The notes under the pieces were generated by a model. It was not told the DNA's origin and searched no databases. It saw nothing but the letters and a program-made list of their open reading frames with translations. Source: an uncultured Clostridia bacterium (lineage in GTDB: Bacteria > Bacillota > Clostridia > Christensenellales > UBA1242). Taken from it: 64,000 nt of DNA. Both the position numbers and the translations under genes were made by a program. Numbering within the stretch: the first letter of the stretch is position 1; each line of letters opens with the position of its first letter. The stretch spans positions 65,185-129,184 of the forward strand of contig CALVZK010000001.1 of the NCBI GenBank assembly GCA_944372505.1. Direction: 5' to 3'. Below are positions 30,883 through 39,360 of the stretch, in pieces.

Positions 30883-31932
30883 TTAAACTTTTTTATTTCT
30901 TCTTTTTTTATTTTCTTTGATTTGATCACTGTTTACATCGCTTTCAAGAACTATAGCATGACAAACTCCAGGTATTGTTTCTCCTTGCTGTGTTGCAGTC
31001 GTAGACATTAAAGCACCTGTTGGCATAAATAAAATCTTTTTATATTCCCCTTCTCTCAATTTTTTAATTAAAAAAGAATTTAATACACTAGCACTACATC
31101 CGCATCCACTTCCGCCACATAAAGTATTTTGATTTCTGGTATAAAACATTTGACCACAATCTTTATAATTGATCCCTAATTTATACCCATTATCCTCCAT
31201 CAAATCAATTAAAATTTCACTTCCAAGTTTTCCTAAATCTCCAGTAACAATTAAATCATAATCATCAGGTGTAGTATCTGTATCTTTAAAATGAGCAATC
31301 ATGGTTTCCATAGCAGCAGGTGCCATAGCGGCTCCCATATTATTCACATCTTTTATTCCCCAATCTATTACTTTACCAAATGTTGCCATTGTTATTCTAG
31401 GTCCATTACCTTCATTGGCAATCACACACGCTCCCGCTCCAGTGACTGTCCATTGAGAAGTTGGCGGTCTTTGATTACCAAGTTCTAGTGGAAATCTAAA
31501 TTGCCTTTCAGCAGTACTAAAATGAGAGGCTGTAGAACATACGACCGTATCAAATTCTCCTCCATCTACCAAAGAAGCTCCTACTGCCAAGCTTTCTGCA
31601 ATTGTAGAACAAGCTCCAAACAAACCAAGATATGCAAAATTAAAATATCTTGCAGCATAAGAAGAGGAAATAATTTGATTTAATAAATCTCCAGCTAGCA
31701 TTAAATTAATATCATTTGGTTTGATTTTTGCATTTTCTATGGCTCCTACAATAGCACTTTGTATCATTTTTTTCTCTGCTTTTTCATAAGTATTTTCTCC
31801 AAAACAATCGTCTTTCATCACATAGTTAAAATAAGGACCAAAATTTCCCTTCCCCTCTTTCGGTCCAACAATCGAATAACTACCAATAATAACAGGTTTA
31901 TGTCTAAAAATTACAGTTTGATGTATATGCAT
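30883..31932 (-). CDS. spoVAD: stage V sporulation protein AD
   Basis: 349 aa. It has a thiolase-like fold and an N-terminal GPKEGKG motif, and lies between spoVAC and spoVAE. Confidence 0.88.
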   Translation of the reverse strand: MHIHQTVIFRHKPVIIGSYSIVGPKEGKGNFGPYFNYVMKDDCFGENTYEKAEKKMIQSAIVGAIENAKIKPNDINLMLAGDLLNQIISSSYAARYFNFAYLGLFGACSTIAESLAVGASLVDGGEFDTVVCSTASHFSTAERQFRFPLELGNQRPPTSQWTVTGAGACVIANEGNGPRITMATFGKVIDWGIKDVNNMGAAMAPAAMETMIAHFKDTDTTPDDYDLIVTGDLGKLGSEILIDLMEDNGYKLGINYKDCGQMFYTRNQNTLCGGSGCGCSASVLNSFLIKKLREGEYKKILFMPTGALMSTTATQQGETIPGVCHAIVLESDVNSDQIKENKKRRNKKV

Positions 31933-31944
31933 GTTTTCTCCTAA

Positions 31945-32397
31945 TTAAATGAACAAATATATTATACCTACAGCAATACTGGCTACTACTCCGGTTACTA
32001 TAACAGGTCCAGCTATTGTAAACATCTTTACGCAAATACCATAAATAATTCCCTCATGTTTAAATTCTAAAGCAGAAGAAGTTATAGAATTAGAAAATCC
32101 AGTTATAGGAACAATTGAACCACCCCCAGCAAACTTGCCTATTTTATCATATACACCAATTCCAGTTAAAAAAGAAGCCAAAAATATTAATACAATTAAT
32201 GTATATGCCCAAGCAGTTTGTTGAGCCATATTAGGAAACCAATACAAAATTAAATCATTTATTCCTTGACCTAAGCAACAAATAATACCACCAACTATAA
32301 AAGAATTAAACAAACTAGGCCAAGCCTTTGTTTTAGGGATTTTCGCCTTTACATATTTATTGTAAGCCTCATTTCTTTTCTTTAATTCATTATCCAT
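31945..32397 (-). CDS. spoVAC: stage V sporulation protein AC
   Basis: 150 aa. The sequence GVYDKIGKFAGGGSIVPITGFSN is near-identical in pattern to B. subtilis SpoVAC. Confidence 0.9.
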   Translation of the reverse strand: MDNELKKRNEAYNKYVKAKIPKTKAWPSLFNSFIVGGIICCLGQGINDLILYWFPNMAQQTAWAYTLIVLIFLASFLTGIGVYDKIGKFAGGGSIVPITGFSNSITSSALEFKHEGIIYGICVKMFTIAGPVIVTGVVASIAVGIIYLFI

Positions 32398-32507
32398 AAA
32401 ATCCTCACAACCTTTTTATTGACAATATAAATAAAATTTATAACAAAACTTATATTTTATAAGAATATTTATTTCAATCTTAAGCAAACTATTTAAAGGA
32501 GGTTCTT

Positions 32508-33899
32508 ATGAAAAAAATTATATTAACTTTTGTTTGTATTTTAATTTCTATCATTATGGTAGGATGCTCAACAAATAGTGATACAAAAGCACTTAATAAT
32601 TTAGAAAATCAATTGGAAAAAACAGAAAGTGTTGTAAGTTCTACAAGTAGTAGCGAAGTAAGTGAAGTAAGTCCTAAAACAACATATAATATAGGCGAAA
32701 ATCAAATTAATGAATTTCGTTATAGAGCCTATAATGATATGGTAAACGAGGAAAGCTTAAGACAAGAAATACTTTCTTTAAGTGCATATTTAAAAGATAG
32801 TAAATCAAATAATAAATATAAACTTGCTAAAAAGGCAACAAGTTCATTAAATGAATTAACATGTAATTTAGAAAAATATACCAAAGAATTAAACAATACA
32901 AAACAGGAGGTAAAATCTTCTGTTAATAGAATAAAAAAATACACTAATGTAAATACAGTAAGCCCATATCAAGCTTTAAGTGGTTATTTATCACTTTCCA
33001 ACACTATGAATGAAAGAAATGCCTATATGACAAACATATTGTTTACATTAGATGAAATTAACAATCTATTATCTAATAATGTAATACAAGATAAAGAGCA
33101 ATCTAACTCAAGCATAAACAATCAATTCAATATCTCTCAAGAATCACAAAATGATACAAATTCAAATTATAATATAAACAATACGAATACATTGAATGAT
33201 AAACATACAAAATATAATTTCAGTCAAAATAACGAAATTAATAACAATAATTACTATGAAAATAATATATCTAATAACAAAGAAAAACAAGAAGATTATA
33301 AGAAATATAAACCACTTTTAAGAAAAAATATAGATACTTATAATCCATATACTAAAAACAATACAAATAATTTAAATAATGAAAACTTAAATAATGAAAA
33401 TTCTAATAATTTAAATAAAAATGAAAATTACAATATAACTAACAATAGTACAACTTCAAATAATTACAATTATAATGATAATTACAGAAATTTTAGATAT
33501 AACCGAATAAATCCAAATAGAAACACAGATACCTATAAACCTAGATATACAAACATAGACACATATAGATATAATCCTAATAGATATAACAATAATATTG
33601 CTACTCCAGTTTATAATAACAACAATGAAGAGATTAACAACGAAAATTTAAACAATCATGAAAATATAAACAACCAAGAAAGACAAAAAAATGTTATAAA
33701 AACAAATCCTATTTTTAAAAATGAAGATTTTGAAACAAAGGAAAACATAAAAGAAAAAGAAGATACTCCTCTCACATTCAATTTGATTAAGTCTTTGCAT
33801 AAGGGCAAAAAAATAGATAAAGATAAATTAAATAAAAAAGATGTTGAGGATAAATTTGGCAAGATGAAAGAAATTGTATTTATTATAAATAAAAGATAG
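32508..33899 (+). CDS. Asn-rich lipoprotein of unknown function
   Basis: It has a strong SD and a signal peptide with lipobox IMVGC|S. A helical N-terminal region of about 190 aa is followed by about 200 aa of N/Y/K low complexity and a basic/acidic tail. Confidence 0.7.
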   Translation: MKKIILTFVCILISIIMVGCSTNSDTKALNNLENQLEKTESVVSSTSSSEVSEVSPKTTYNIGENQINEFRYRAYNDMVNEESLRQEILSLSAYLKDSKSNNKYKLAKKATSSLNELTCNLEKYTKELNNTKQEVKSSVNRIKKYTNVNTVSPYQALSGYLSLSNTMNERNAYMTNILFTLDEINNLLSNNVIQDKEQSNSSINNQFNISQESQNDTNSNYNINNTNTLNDKHTKYNFSQNNEINNNNYYENNISNNKEKQEDYKKYKPLLRKNIDTYNPYTKNNTNNLNNENLNNENSNNLNKNENYNITNNSTTSNNYNYNDNYRNFRYNRINPNRNTDTYKPRYTNIDTYRYNPNRYNNNIATPVYNNNNEEINNENLNNHENINNQERQKNVIKTNPIFKNEDFETKENIKEKEDTPLTFNLIKSLHKGKKIDKDKLNKKDVEDKFGKMKEIVFIINKR

Positions 33900-33918
33900 C
33901 GATTGCTATCTTTTATAT
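33891..33918 (+). terminator. intrinsic terminator between convergent lipoprotein gene and sigF
   Basis: AAGATAGC-GATT-GCTATCTT followed by TTATATT. It overlaps the lipoprotein stop codon. Confidence 0.6.
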
Positions 33919-33941
33919 TGTACTTCATACTATATATAGTA

Positions 33942-34667
33942 TTAGGAAGTTAATTTATGTTTTAAATTTAATAGTATCTTATTTTCTAAACGAGAAACCT
34001 GAACCTGAGAAATCTTAAGTTCTTTTGCTATTTCACTTTGAGTTTTATCAAAATAATACCTTAAAAGAATTATTTTTTTTTCTCTTCTATTTAAAGATTT
34101 TATTATTTCTTTTAATGCTAAATTATCTATCATTTTTACATTATAATCTTCTTCTGATTCTATCCTATCTATCATACTTAAAGATTCGGCATCCTCCTCT
34201 ATAGGAGCATATATAGATATAGGCATTTTAGAAGAATCCATCGCCATAATAATTTCTTGTTCTTCAACTTTAAAATATTTTGATAATTCTTCAATAGTTG
34301 GTTTTCTTTGATTTTTACCAACAAAACTTTCAATATATTTGTTTATTTGAAGATTTAAACTTTTTAATGCTCTAGATACTTTTATCACACCATCATCTCG
34401 CATGAATCTTTTTATTTCCCCTATCACCATTGGCACAACATAAGTTGAAAACTTTACTCCAAACTCAGCTTTAAAGTTTTTAATAGCCTTTAAAAAGCCA
34501 ATACAACCAAGTTGATATAAATCATCATATTCAATTCCTTTATCTTTAAAACGTTTAATAAGGCTTTTTATTAATGGTGAATTTTCTTCTAAAAGCTCCG
34601 TTTTTGCTGTTTGATCTCCTTGCTGAGATAAAAGAACTAACTGCAAAATTTTGTCATTATCAAGCAT
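33942..34667 (-). CDS. sigF: sporulation sigma factor F
   Basis: DLYQLGCIGFLKAIKNFKAEFGVKFSTYVVPMVIGEIKRFMRDDGVIKVSRALK follows the B. subtilis SigF pattern. It is the third gene of the spoIIA operon. Its start, ATGCTTGA, overlaps the spoIIAB stop. Confidence 0.92.
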   Translation of the reverse strand: MLDNDKILQLVLLSQQGDQTAKTELLEENSPLIKSLIKRFKDKGIEYDDLYQLGCIGFLKAIKNFKAEFGVKFSTYVVPMVIGEIKRFMRDDGVIKVSRALKSLNLQINKYIESFVGKNQRKPTIEELSKYFKVEEQEIIMAMDSSKMPISIYAPIEEDAESLSMIDRIESEEDYNVKMIDNLALKEIIKSLNRREKKIILLRYYFDKTQSEIAKELKISQVQVSRLENKILLNLKHKLTS

Positions 34668-35106
34668 TGCCCGCCTGCATGTAAACATTCTCGCCTATTT
34701 TTTTTGTCATCGTAACTGTAAGACCATTTTTGCTTTCTATTTCTACACTATCCATAAAGCTTTCCATTACTGCAAAACCCATGCCACTTCTTTCCTCGCT
34801 AGGCTTGGTTGTATAGAACGGTTCACGTGCTTTTACAATATCCTTTATTCCTATCCCATTATCTTTAACTATTATTTTAACTATATTATCATCTATTTCA
34901 CATCTCAACATTACAATACCTGAATGTTTTGGGTAAGCATGTACTATACAATTTGTTACTGCTTCAGAAACTGCTGTTTTAATATCTCCAATCTCATCTA
35001 AAGACGGATTTAAACCAACGCAAAAAGCCGCTACGCATACTCTTGCAAAACTTTCGTTTTCTGATATTGCTTTGAATGTTACTTCCATAAAGTTAGATTT
35101 ATTCAT
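34660..35106 (-). CDS. spoIIAB: anti-sigma F factor (Ser kinase) SpoIIAB
   Basis: 148 aa. It has a GHKL ATPase N-box (EAVTNCIVHAY) and a G-box (DNGIGI...GMGF). Confidence 0.92.
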   Translation of the reverse strand: MNKSNFMEVTFKAISENESFARVCVAAFCVGLNPSLDEIGDIKTAVSEAVTNCIVHAYPKHSGIVMLRCEIDDNIVKIIVKDNGIGIKDIVKAREPFYTTKPSEERSGMGFAVMESFMDSVEIESKNGLTVTMTKKIGENVYMQAGNA

Positions 35107-35115
35107 TTTCTCCTC

Positions 35116-35424
35116 CTATACTATTTTTGGCATTATTTGATACAATCCAGTCATTTTAAATATCTTTTCAGCATGACTTGATGGATTACAAATAAATATT
35201 GGAATATGCCTTGATTTCATTTTTTTATATCTACCTATTAGTACGCCAATACCCGTACTATCCATAAACTGCATCTCTGATAAATCTATTATAATTTGAT
35301 TAAAATCGCCTTTTGAAAAAATATCATCAAGTTCATTTCTAACATGGGTAGAAGAATTTTCATCTAATTCCCCACACAAAACAACATATAAAGTCTTATT
35401 ATAAATCTTGCTTTTAATTTGCAT
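35116..35424 (-). CDS. spoIIAA: anti-sigma F factor antagonist SpoIIAA (STAS domain)
   Basis: 102 aa. It has the phosphorylatable Ser context FMDSTGIGVLIGRYK. Confidence 0.9.
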   Translation of the reverse strand: MQIKSKIYNKTLYVVLCGELDENSSTHVRNELDDIFSKGDFNQIIIDLSEMQFMDSTGIGVLIGRYKKMKSRHIPIFICNPSSHAEKIFKMTGLYQIMPKIV

Positions 35425-35520
35425 TTAGAAGACCTCCGATACAATGATAATAACATAATAATAGATGCGAAAATTTTCTATTTTGAAAGAATTTTTGAAT
35501 ATTTTATATTATTTTTATTA

Positions 35521-35551
35521 TAAAAAAAGAGGGTTTAAATTTATCCCTCTA
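35521..35551 (-). terminator. intrinsic terminator after the DUF5131 gene
   Basis: On the minus strand, AGAGGG-N11-CCCTCT is followed by TTTTTTTAT. Confidence 0.65.
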
Positions 35552-35556
35552 GCTAA

Positions 35557-36276
35557 TCAAATATTATCATTTAATCCCGACAATTTGGCTTGTATTTTAC
35601 CAAGTTTATATGGAATTTTATAAACTTTACCATCTTTTAACAATTTATTGCCAGTATGAAAAAATTCAAATTTTATATGATTTTCTTTGCATTGATTATA
35701 CAAATCCTTTACCCATTCAAAATCTAACAATCGAGCATTTTTATAATTTTCTCCGCTACAATATACTTTACGTATTTTCCCAACCTGAAGTAGTTTACTA
35801 ATATTTATCTTTTCTAACATTGGACTAATTAATAATGATATATTATTCGTGGGCAATTTTATTATGTAAGGCATTCTCTGTTCTAAACGTTTTTGATTTT
35901 CACAAGTTATCGCAAATTCAACATTTTGAAAATCTTCAACAAATTTTTGTGGTAGATTTTCTATTATTCTGTTAACTCTTTTTGTAAACAAAATAAAATG
36001 CACTTTTTTTCTTAATCTTATCATTTCCCAAACTTCTTTTCTCCACTCATCTGCTTCTTCTATAAAAAAATCAGATGTTAAACATACCTCAACATTTTCT
36101 CCATCTCTAATCTTAAAATTACCTTCTTTATCTTTCTTTAATGGTAAATTAAAATCTTTTGTTTTGTGTACAATATTTGAATCAATACCCCTTTCCGCAT
36201 CAAAATAAAACATGTAACAATTTTTACATCCTTCACTATATTTATGACAACCATGCCAAGGATTATAAACACTCAT
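35557..36276 (-). CDS. DUF5131 (phage Gp37/Gp68-like) family protein
   Basis: N-terminal NPWHGCHKYSEGCKNCY three-Cys motif. I chose the ATG at 36276 (MSVYNPW) over the TTG at 36294. Confidence 0.6.
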   Translation of the reverse strand: MSVYNPWHGCHKYSEGCKNCYMFYFDAERGIDSNIVHKTKDFNLPLKKDKEGNFKIRDGENVEVCLTSDFFIEEADEWRKEVWEMIRLRKKVHFILFTKRVNRIIENLPQKFVEDFQNVEFAITCENQKRLEQRMPYIIKLPTNNISLLISPMLEKINISKLLQVGKIRKVYCSGENYKNARLLDFEWVKDLYNQCKENHIKFEFFHTGNKLLKDGKVYKIPYKLGKIQAKLSGLNDNI

Positions 36277-36282
36277 AGCATA

Positions 36283-36330
36283 ATTATAACACAATATAGC
36301 TTATATACAAACTTTGTAAAAACTTTTACA
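36283..36330 (-). promoter_or_regulatory. extended -10 promoter (TGTTATAAT) with overlapping palindromes upstream; the mRNA may be leaderless
   Basis: The -10 element lies at 36283-36288, with TG at 36290-36291. The ATG at 36276 lies 7 nt downstream and has no SD. Upstream are TACAAAcTTTGTA (36306-36318) and TTGTAAAA-AC-TTTTACAA (36313-36330). Confidence 0.4.
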
Positions 36331-36331
36331 A

Positions 36332-36363
36332 ATAAAAAAATACCTTGATTTTAACAAAGTATT
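36332..36363 (-). terminator. intrinsic terminator of the six-tRNA operon
   Basis: The minus-strand RNA reads AUACUUUG-UUAAAAU-CAAGGUAU (one G.U pair) followed by UUUUUUUAUUU, 16 nt after tRNA-Tyr. Confidence 0.6.
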
Positions 36364-36378
36364 TTTATTTTTCATTTT

Positions 36379-36463
36379 TGGTGGGCAGGGATGGATTCGA
36401 ACCATCGAAGTCGGAGACGACGGATTTACAGTCCGTTGCATTTGGCCACTCTGCAACCTACCC
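36379..36463 (-). tRNA. tRNA-Tyr (GTA)
   Basis: GGGTAGGTTGCAGAGTGGCCAAATGCAACGGACTGTAAATCCGTCGTCTCCGACTTCGATGGTTCGAATCCATCCCTGCCCACCA. The anticodon loop is CTGTAAA and it has a long variable arm. Confidence 0.93.
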
Positions 36464-36488
36464 ATAGAAAATGCCCTTTCGGGCAATT

Positions 36489-36563
36489 TGGAGCTGGTGA
36501 TAGGAATCGAACCTACAACCTGCTGATTACAAGTCAGCTGCTCTACCATTGAGCCACACCAGC
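36489..36563 (-). tRNA. tRNA-Thr (TGT)
   Basis: GCTGGTGTGGCTCAATGGTAGAGCAGCTGACTTGTAATCAGCAGGTTGTAGGTTCGATTCCTATCACCAGCTCCA. The anticodon loop is CTTGTAA. Confidence 0.93.
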
Positions 36564-36638
36564 AAATTTTTGTCCTAGCAAAAGCTAGGACAATTTGTGC
36601 ATAAGTTATGATTTTTATAATTCCACCTTATGTCACTT

Positions 36639-36714
36639 TGGTGCCCTAAGGTGGAATCGAACCACCGACACAAGGATTTTCAGTCCTTTGCTCTGCCGAC
36701 TGAGCTATCAGGGC
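36639..36714 (-). tRNA. tRNA-Phe (GAA)
   Basis: GCCCTGATAGCTCAGTCGGCAGAGCAAAGGACTGAAAATCCTTGTGTCGGTGGTTCGATTCCACCTTAGGGCACCA. The anticodon loop is CTGAAAA. Confidence 0.93.
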
Positions 36715-36733
36715 TTGTTTAACCCGTAGGTTT

Positions 36734-36810
36734 TGGCGACTCGGATGGGGCTCGAACCCACGACCTCCAGCGTGACAGGCTGGCGTTCTAACCAACTGAA
36801 CTACCGAGCC
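36734..36810 (-). tRNA. tRNA-Asp (GTC)
   Basis: GGCTCGGTAGTTCAGTTGGTTAGAACGCCAGCCTGTCACGCTGGAGGTCGTGGGTTCGAGCCCCATCCGAGTCGCCA. The anticodon loop is CTGTCAC. Confidence 0.93.
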
Positions 36811-36854
36811 ACAATTTCTTGTGTTATTCTTTCACTATTGGTGTCAAACAATAG

Positions 36855-36931
36855 TGGTGGGCCTTCAGGGACTCGAACCCCGGACCGACCGGTTATGAGC
36901 CGGTTGCTCTAACCAACTGAGCTAAAGGCCC
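36855..36931 (-). tRNA. tRNA with CAT anticodon, elongator type (Met; a lysidine-modified Ile2 cannot be excluded)
   Basis: GGGCCTTTAGCTCAGTTGGTTAGAGCAACCGGCTCATAACCGGTCGGTCCGGGGTTCGAGTCCCTGAAGGCCCACCA. G1-C72 is paired and the anticodon stem lacks the GGG/CCC triple, so it is not an initiator. Confidence 0.85.
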
Positions 36932-36954
36932 ATTGTACATTCTTGCTTTTAGTA

Positions 36955-37030
36955 TGGTCGGGGTGGAGAGGCTCGAACTCCCGACCCCATGGTCCCAAAC
37001 CACGTGCGCTACCAACTGCGCTACACCCCG
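36955..37030 (-). tRNA. tRNA-Pro (TGG)
   Basis: CGGGGTGTAGCGCAGTTGGTAGCGCACGTGGTTTGGGACCATGGGGTCGGGAGTTCGAGCCTCTCCACCCCGACCA. The anticodon loop is TTTGGGA. Confidence 0.92.
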
Positions 37031-37049
37031 TAAACAAGTTTGCAAGGAT

Positions 37050-37078
37050 ATTTTAATATATAAAGAGATTATTGTCAA
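37050..37078 (-). promoter_or_regulatory. sigma-A promoter of the tRNA operon (TTGACA-17-TAAAAT)
   Basis: The minus strand reads cTTGACAataatctctttatatatTAAAAT, ending about 20 nt before tRNA-Pro. Confidence 0.65.
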
Positions 37079-37270
37079 GAAAAAAATAAAAATTTTCTAA
37101 AAAATGTTTATAATTTTTAAATATTTTTAACTATTATATATATGATAATTTTTGTATTAATTTTACTAAATTTGATAAATTTAAAAACACCATGTTCATA
37201 AAAATTATTTATTTTTATTCAATGCTTTTTATTTATACAAAAATATGCTATCATATTTATAGAGGTAATT

Positions 37271-38005
37271 ATGATTAAAAAAACTGCTTTTATTATTGGG
37301 GCTTCTAGCGATATAGGCAAAGAAACTGCCCTACTTTTCGCTAAAAGAGGTTATAACCTTTTTTTAACCTATAACGAAAACAAAATTAATTATTTAAATG
37401 AAATAAAAGAATCTACAATAGACATACAAATATACAAAATGGATATAACTAAAGAAAATAGTATCAAACAAAGTTTTGAATATGCTTTTAATTACTTTGA
37501 TTACATTGATACTATAATAATTTGTCCCGGAGTCTGTGCAAAAGAAATGATGTTGTTAGACATGCCAAATGAAATAATTGACAAAATACTTAATATTAAT
37601 CTTAGAGGCATAATATATTGCAACAAATATGCTGCTCAATATTTAATCAAAAATCGTCATGGTTCTATAATAAATATTTCCTCTATTTATGGAATAAATG
37701 GTGGATCCTGTGAAGCGGTATATTCTGCAACAAAAGCAGGAATAATTGGGTTAACGAAGGCTTTGGCTAAAGAATACGCTCCTTATTTACGCGTAAATGC
37801 AGTTGCTCCAGGTTTTATTGAAACTAAAATGACTAATAATTTTAATAATGAAGAAAAGAATGAAATTAGTTCAAATATACCTTTAAAAAGGCTAGGCGTT
37901 CCAACAGACATTGCAAATGCAATTTATTTTCTATCTTCTGAAGAAGCAAGTTACATCACAGGAGAAGTGTTAAAAATTTCAGGTGGAGCTGATCAATTTA
38001 ACTAA
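37271..38005 (+). CDS. short-chain dehydrogenase/reductase, FabG-like
   Basis: Cofactor motif GASSDIGK, NINLRG, and the catalytic S...YSATKAG. Confidence 0.85.
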   Translation: MIKKTAFIIGASSDIGKETALLFAKRGYNLFLTYNENKINYLNEIKESTIDIQIYKMDITKENSIKQSFEYAFNYFDYIDTIIICPGVCAKEMMLLDMPNEIIDKILNINLRGIIYCNKYAAQYLIKNRHGSIINISSIYGINGGSCEAVYSATKAGIIGLTKALAKEYAPYLRVNAVAPGFIETKMTNNFNNEEKNEISSNIPLKRLGVPTDIANAIYFLSSEEASYITGEVLKISGGADQFN

Positions 38006-38031
38006 TAAAAAACAAGGAAAACTCCCTGTTT

Positions 38032-38799
38032 TTATTTATCGTCATCGTCTGTGTAGAAATCAAATGCTTTCATTATTTCACTTAAATCATCTTTTGGATT
38101 TACCGCCTCTTTCAAATCAAATCCATTTGATTGAATTTTTAACGATTTTGGTTGTTCTTCTACCGGTTGTGTATTTAAAAATTTATCAACCAAATTATCG
38201 TATTCATCACCTTCTTTTAATTGCAAATCGCAAACAGGCTTGATTTGACTTGGAGCATGTTCGATAGAATTAATGTCGTTTCTAAAATTTTTAAAATCAT
38301 TACGTTCAATTTTAATTTCTCTAGGTTGAGAAACTTTTTTTTCTTTCATTTTATTAAGAAGTATTCTCATTGGATCATTTTCTGTCCCTGTATTTACAAT
38401 TTCTTCTTTTTTTGCTTCAATCTTAGAAAGTATATTTTCCACATCTTCAATCAATTTTTTATAACTGCTATTCAAAAGAAGTCCTGGAAATTGATTGTTT
38501 AACTGTTCAAATAAATTTTGCATTTGAACATAAACTACACGTAGTTGTTCGCCTCTTAATACTTCAATGTTACGACTACCCTCTGCTTGAAATCTTTTGA
38601 AAGATTCTAATGCTGTCATAATATTTTTTTCTCTACGCTCTATTTCCACAGATTTGTTTTTATAATCCAAAAGTTTCTTTTCTGACTCTAACACTTTTAA
38701 CTTTTCTTCCATTAAAGCTCTCTCATGATCTGCTTTCATTTGAGAAATATATTCATCAACTTCTTTTTTCTTATAACCATTAAACTCTGTAGAAAACAT
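38032..38799 (-). CDS. DivIVA-domain protein
   Basis: The N-terminal F..EFNGYKKKEVDEYISQM matches the F..rGY...EVD.FL signature. It is followed by coiled coil and an acidic C-terminus. Confidence 0.75.
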   Translation of the reverse strand: MFSTEFNGYKKKEVDEYISQMKADHERALMEEKLKVLESEKKLLDYKNKSVEIERREKNIMTALESFKRFQAEGSRNIEVLRGEQLRVVYVQMQNLFEQLNNQFPGLLLNSSYKKLIEDVENILSKIEAKKEEIVNTGTENDPMRILLNKMKEKKVSQPREIKIERNDFKNFRNDINSIEHAPSQIKPVCDLQLKEGDEYDNLVDKFLNTQPVEEQPKSLKIQSNGFDLKEAVNPKDDLSEIMKAFDFYTDDDDK

Positions 38800-38830
38800 A
38801 TTTTCTCCTCTTTTAAGATTAAATCTAGAT

Positions 38831-39319
38831 TTATTTATACAAAAAATAACTTCCTATTAATATTAACATATTTAAAACTAAAATTGCAAGAAAAATCCAA
38901 ATAGAAATCAAATTTAAAGCATATAAAAAGCAAAAAATATCTATGAAAAAGATCGAAAAAGATATTATATAATGAAAATATTGTTCAAATATATAACCAC
39001 AAATAAATGATGATATACTAAATGAGATAATGACAAAGATATAATAAAAATTTATAATTTTTAAAAAATAAGAATACAAATATAACAATCCTGCAATAAA
39101 TAATGTCGTCCCAAAATAACAATACGAATCAAGGTGAAAAAATAAACTTTTAATTATTAAATGAAATCCTAAAATTATTAAAAAGGAAAAAAACCAAAAA
39201 TTATCGATATCAAAAATAAGAAAAGATAATAGAGTTACAACTAAATAAATCACGCTATTTATAATAAAAGACAACTTTGATATAGTCGTCTTTTTTATAG
39301 TTAAAATTTTCCCTTTCAT
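38831..39319 (-). CDS. hypothetical polytopic membrane protein
   Basis: 162 aa and almost entirely hydrophobic (about 5 TM helices). No family recognised. Confidence 0.5.
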   Translation of the reverse strand: MKGKILTIKKTTISKLSFIINSVIYLVVTLLSFLIFDIDNFWFFSFLIILGFHLIIKSLFFHLDSYCYFGTTLFIAGLLYLYSYFLKIINFYYIFVIISFSISSFICGYIFEQYFHYIISFSIFFIDIFCFLYALNLISIWIFLAILVLNMLILIGSYFLYK

Positions 39320-39360
39320 ATATTTATATTATTGTATTTTTTTAACATTTTATTCTTAAA

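Noticed and set aside
33100-33700. Repetitive AAT/AAC-rich DNA that could be mistaken for a tandem-repeat or CRISPR-like array.
   Set aside because: It is in-frame coding low complexity (Asn/Tyr/Lys) of the lipoprotein gene. The repeats are imperfect and there is no repeat-spacer periodicity. No CRISPR array exists anywhere in the window.
36301-37078. ORF-track ORFs 36301-36549 and 36893-37078 (minus strand).
   Set aside because: They run straight through the six-tRNA cluster. Their 'proteins' are translations of tRNA sequence, so they are spurious.
35557-37078. A prophage remnant or integrative element at the tRNA cluster, suggested by the phage-associated DUF5131 gene.
   Set aside because: There is no integrase, recombinase, direct repeat of a tRNA 3' end or other phage gene. 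It is a single isolated gene.
38006-38036. A terminator between the convergent SDR and DivIVA genes (ACAAGGAAAACTCCCTGT followed by a T-run).
   Set aside because: The stem is short and contains a mismatch. It is plausible but too weak to list as a feature.
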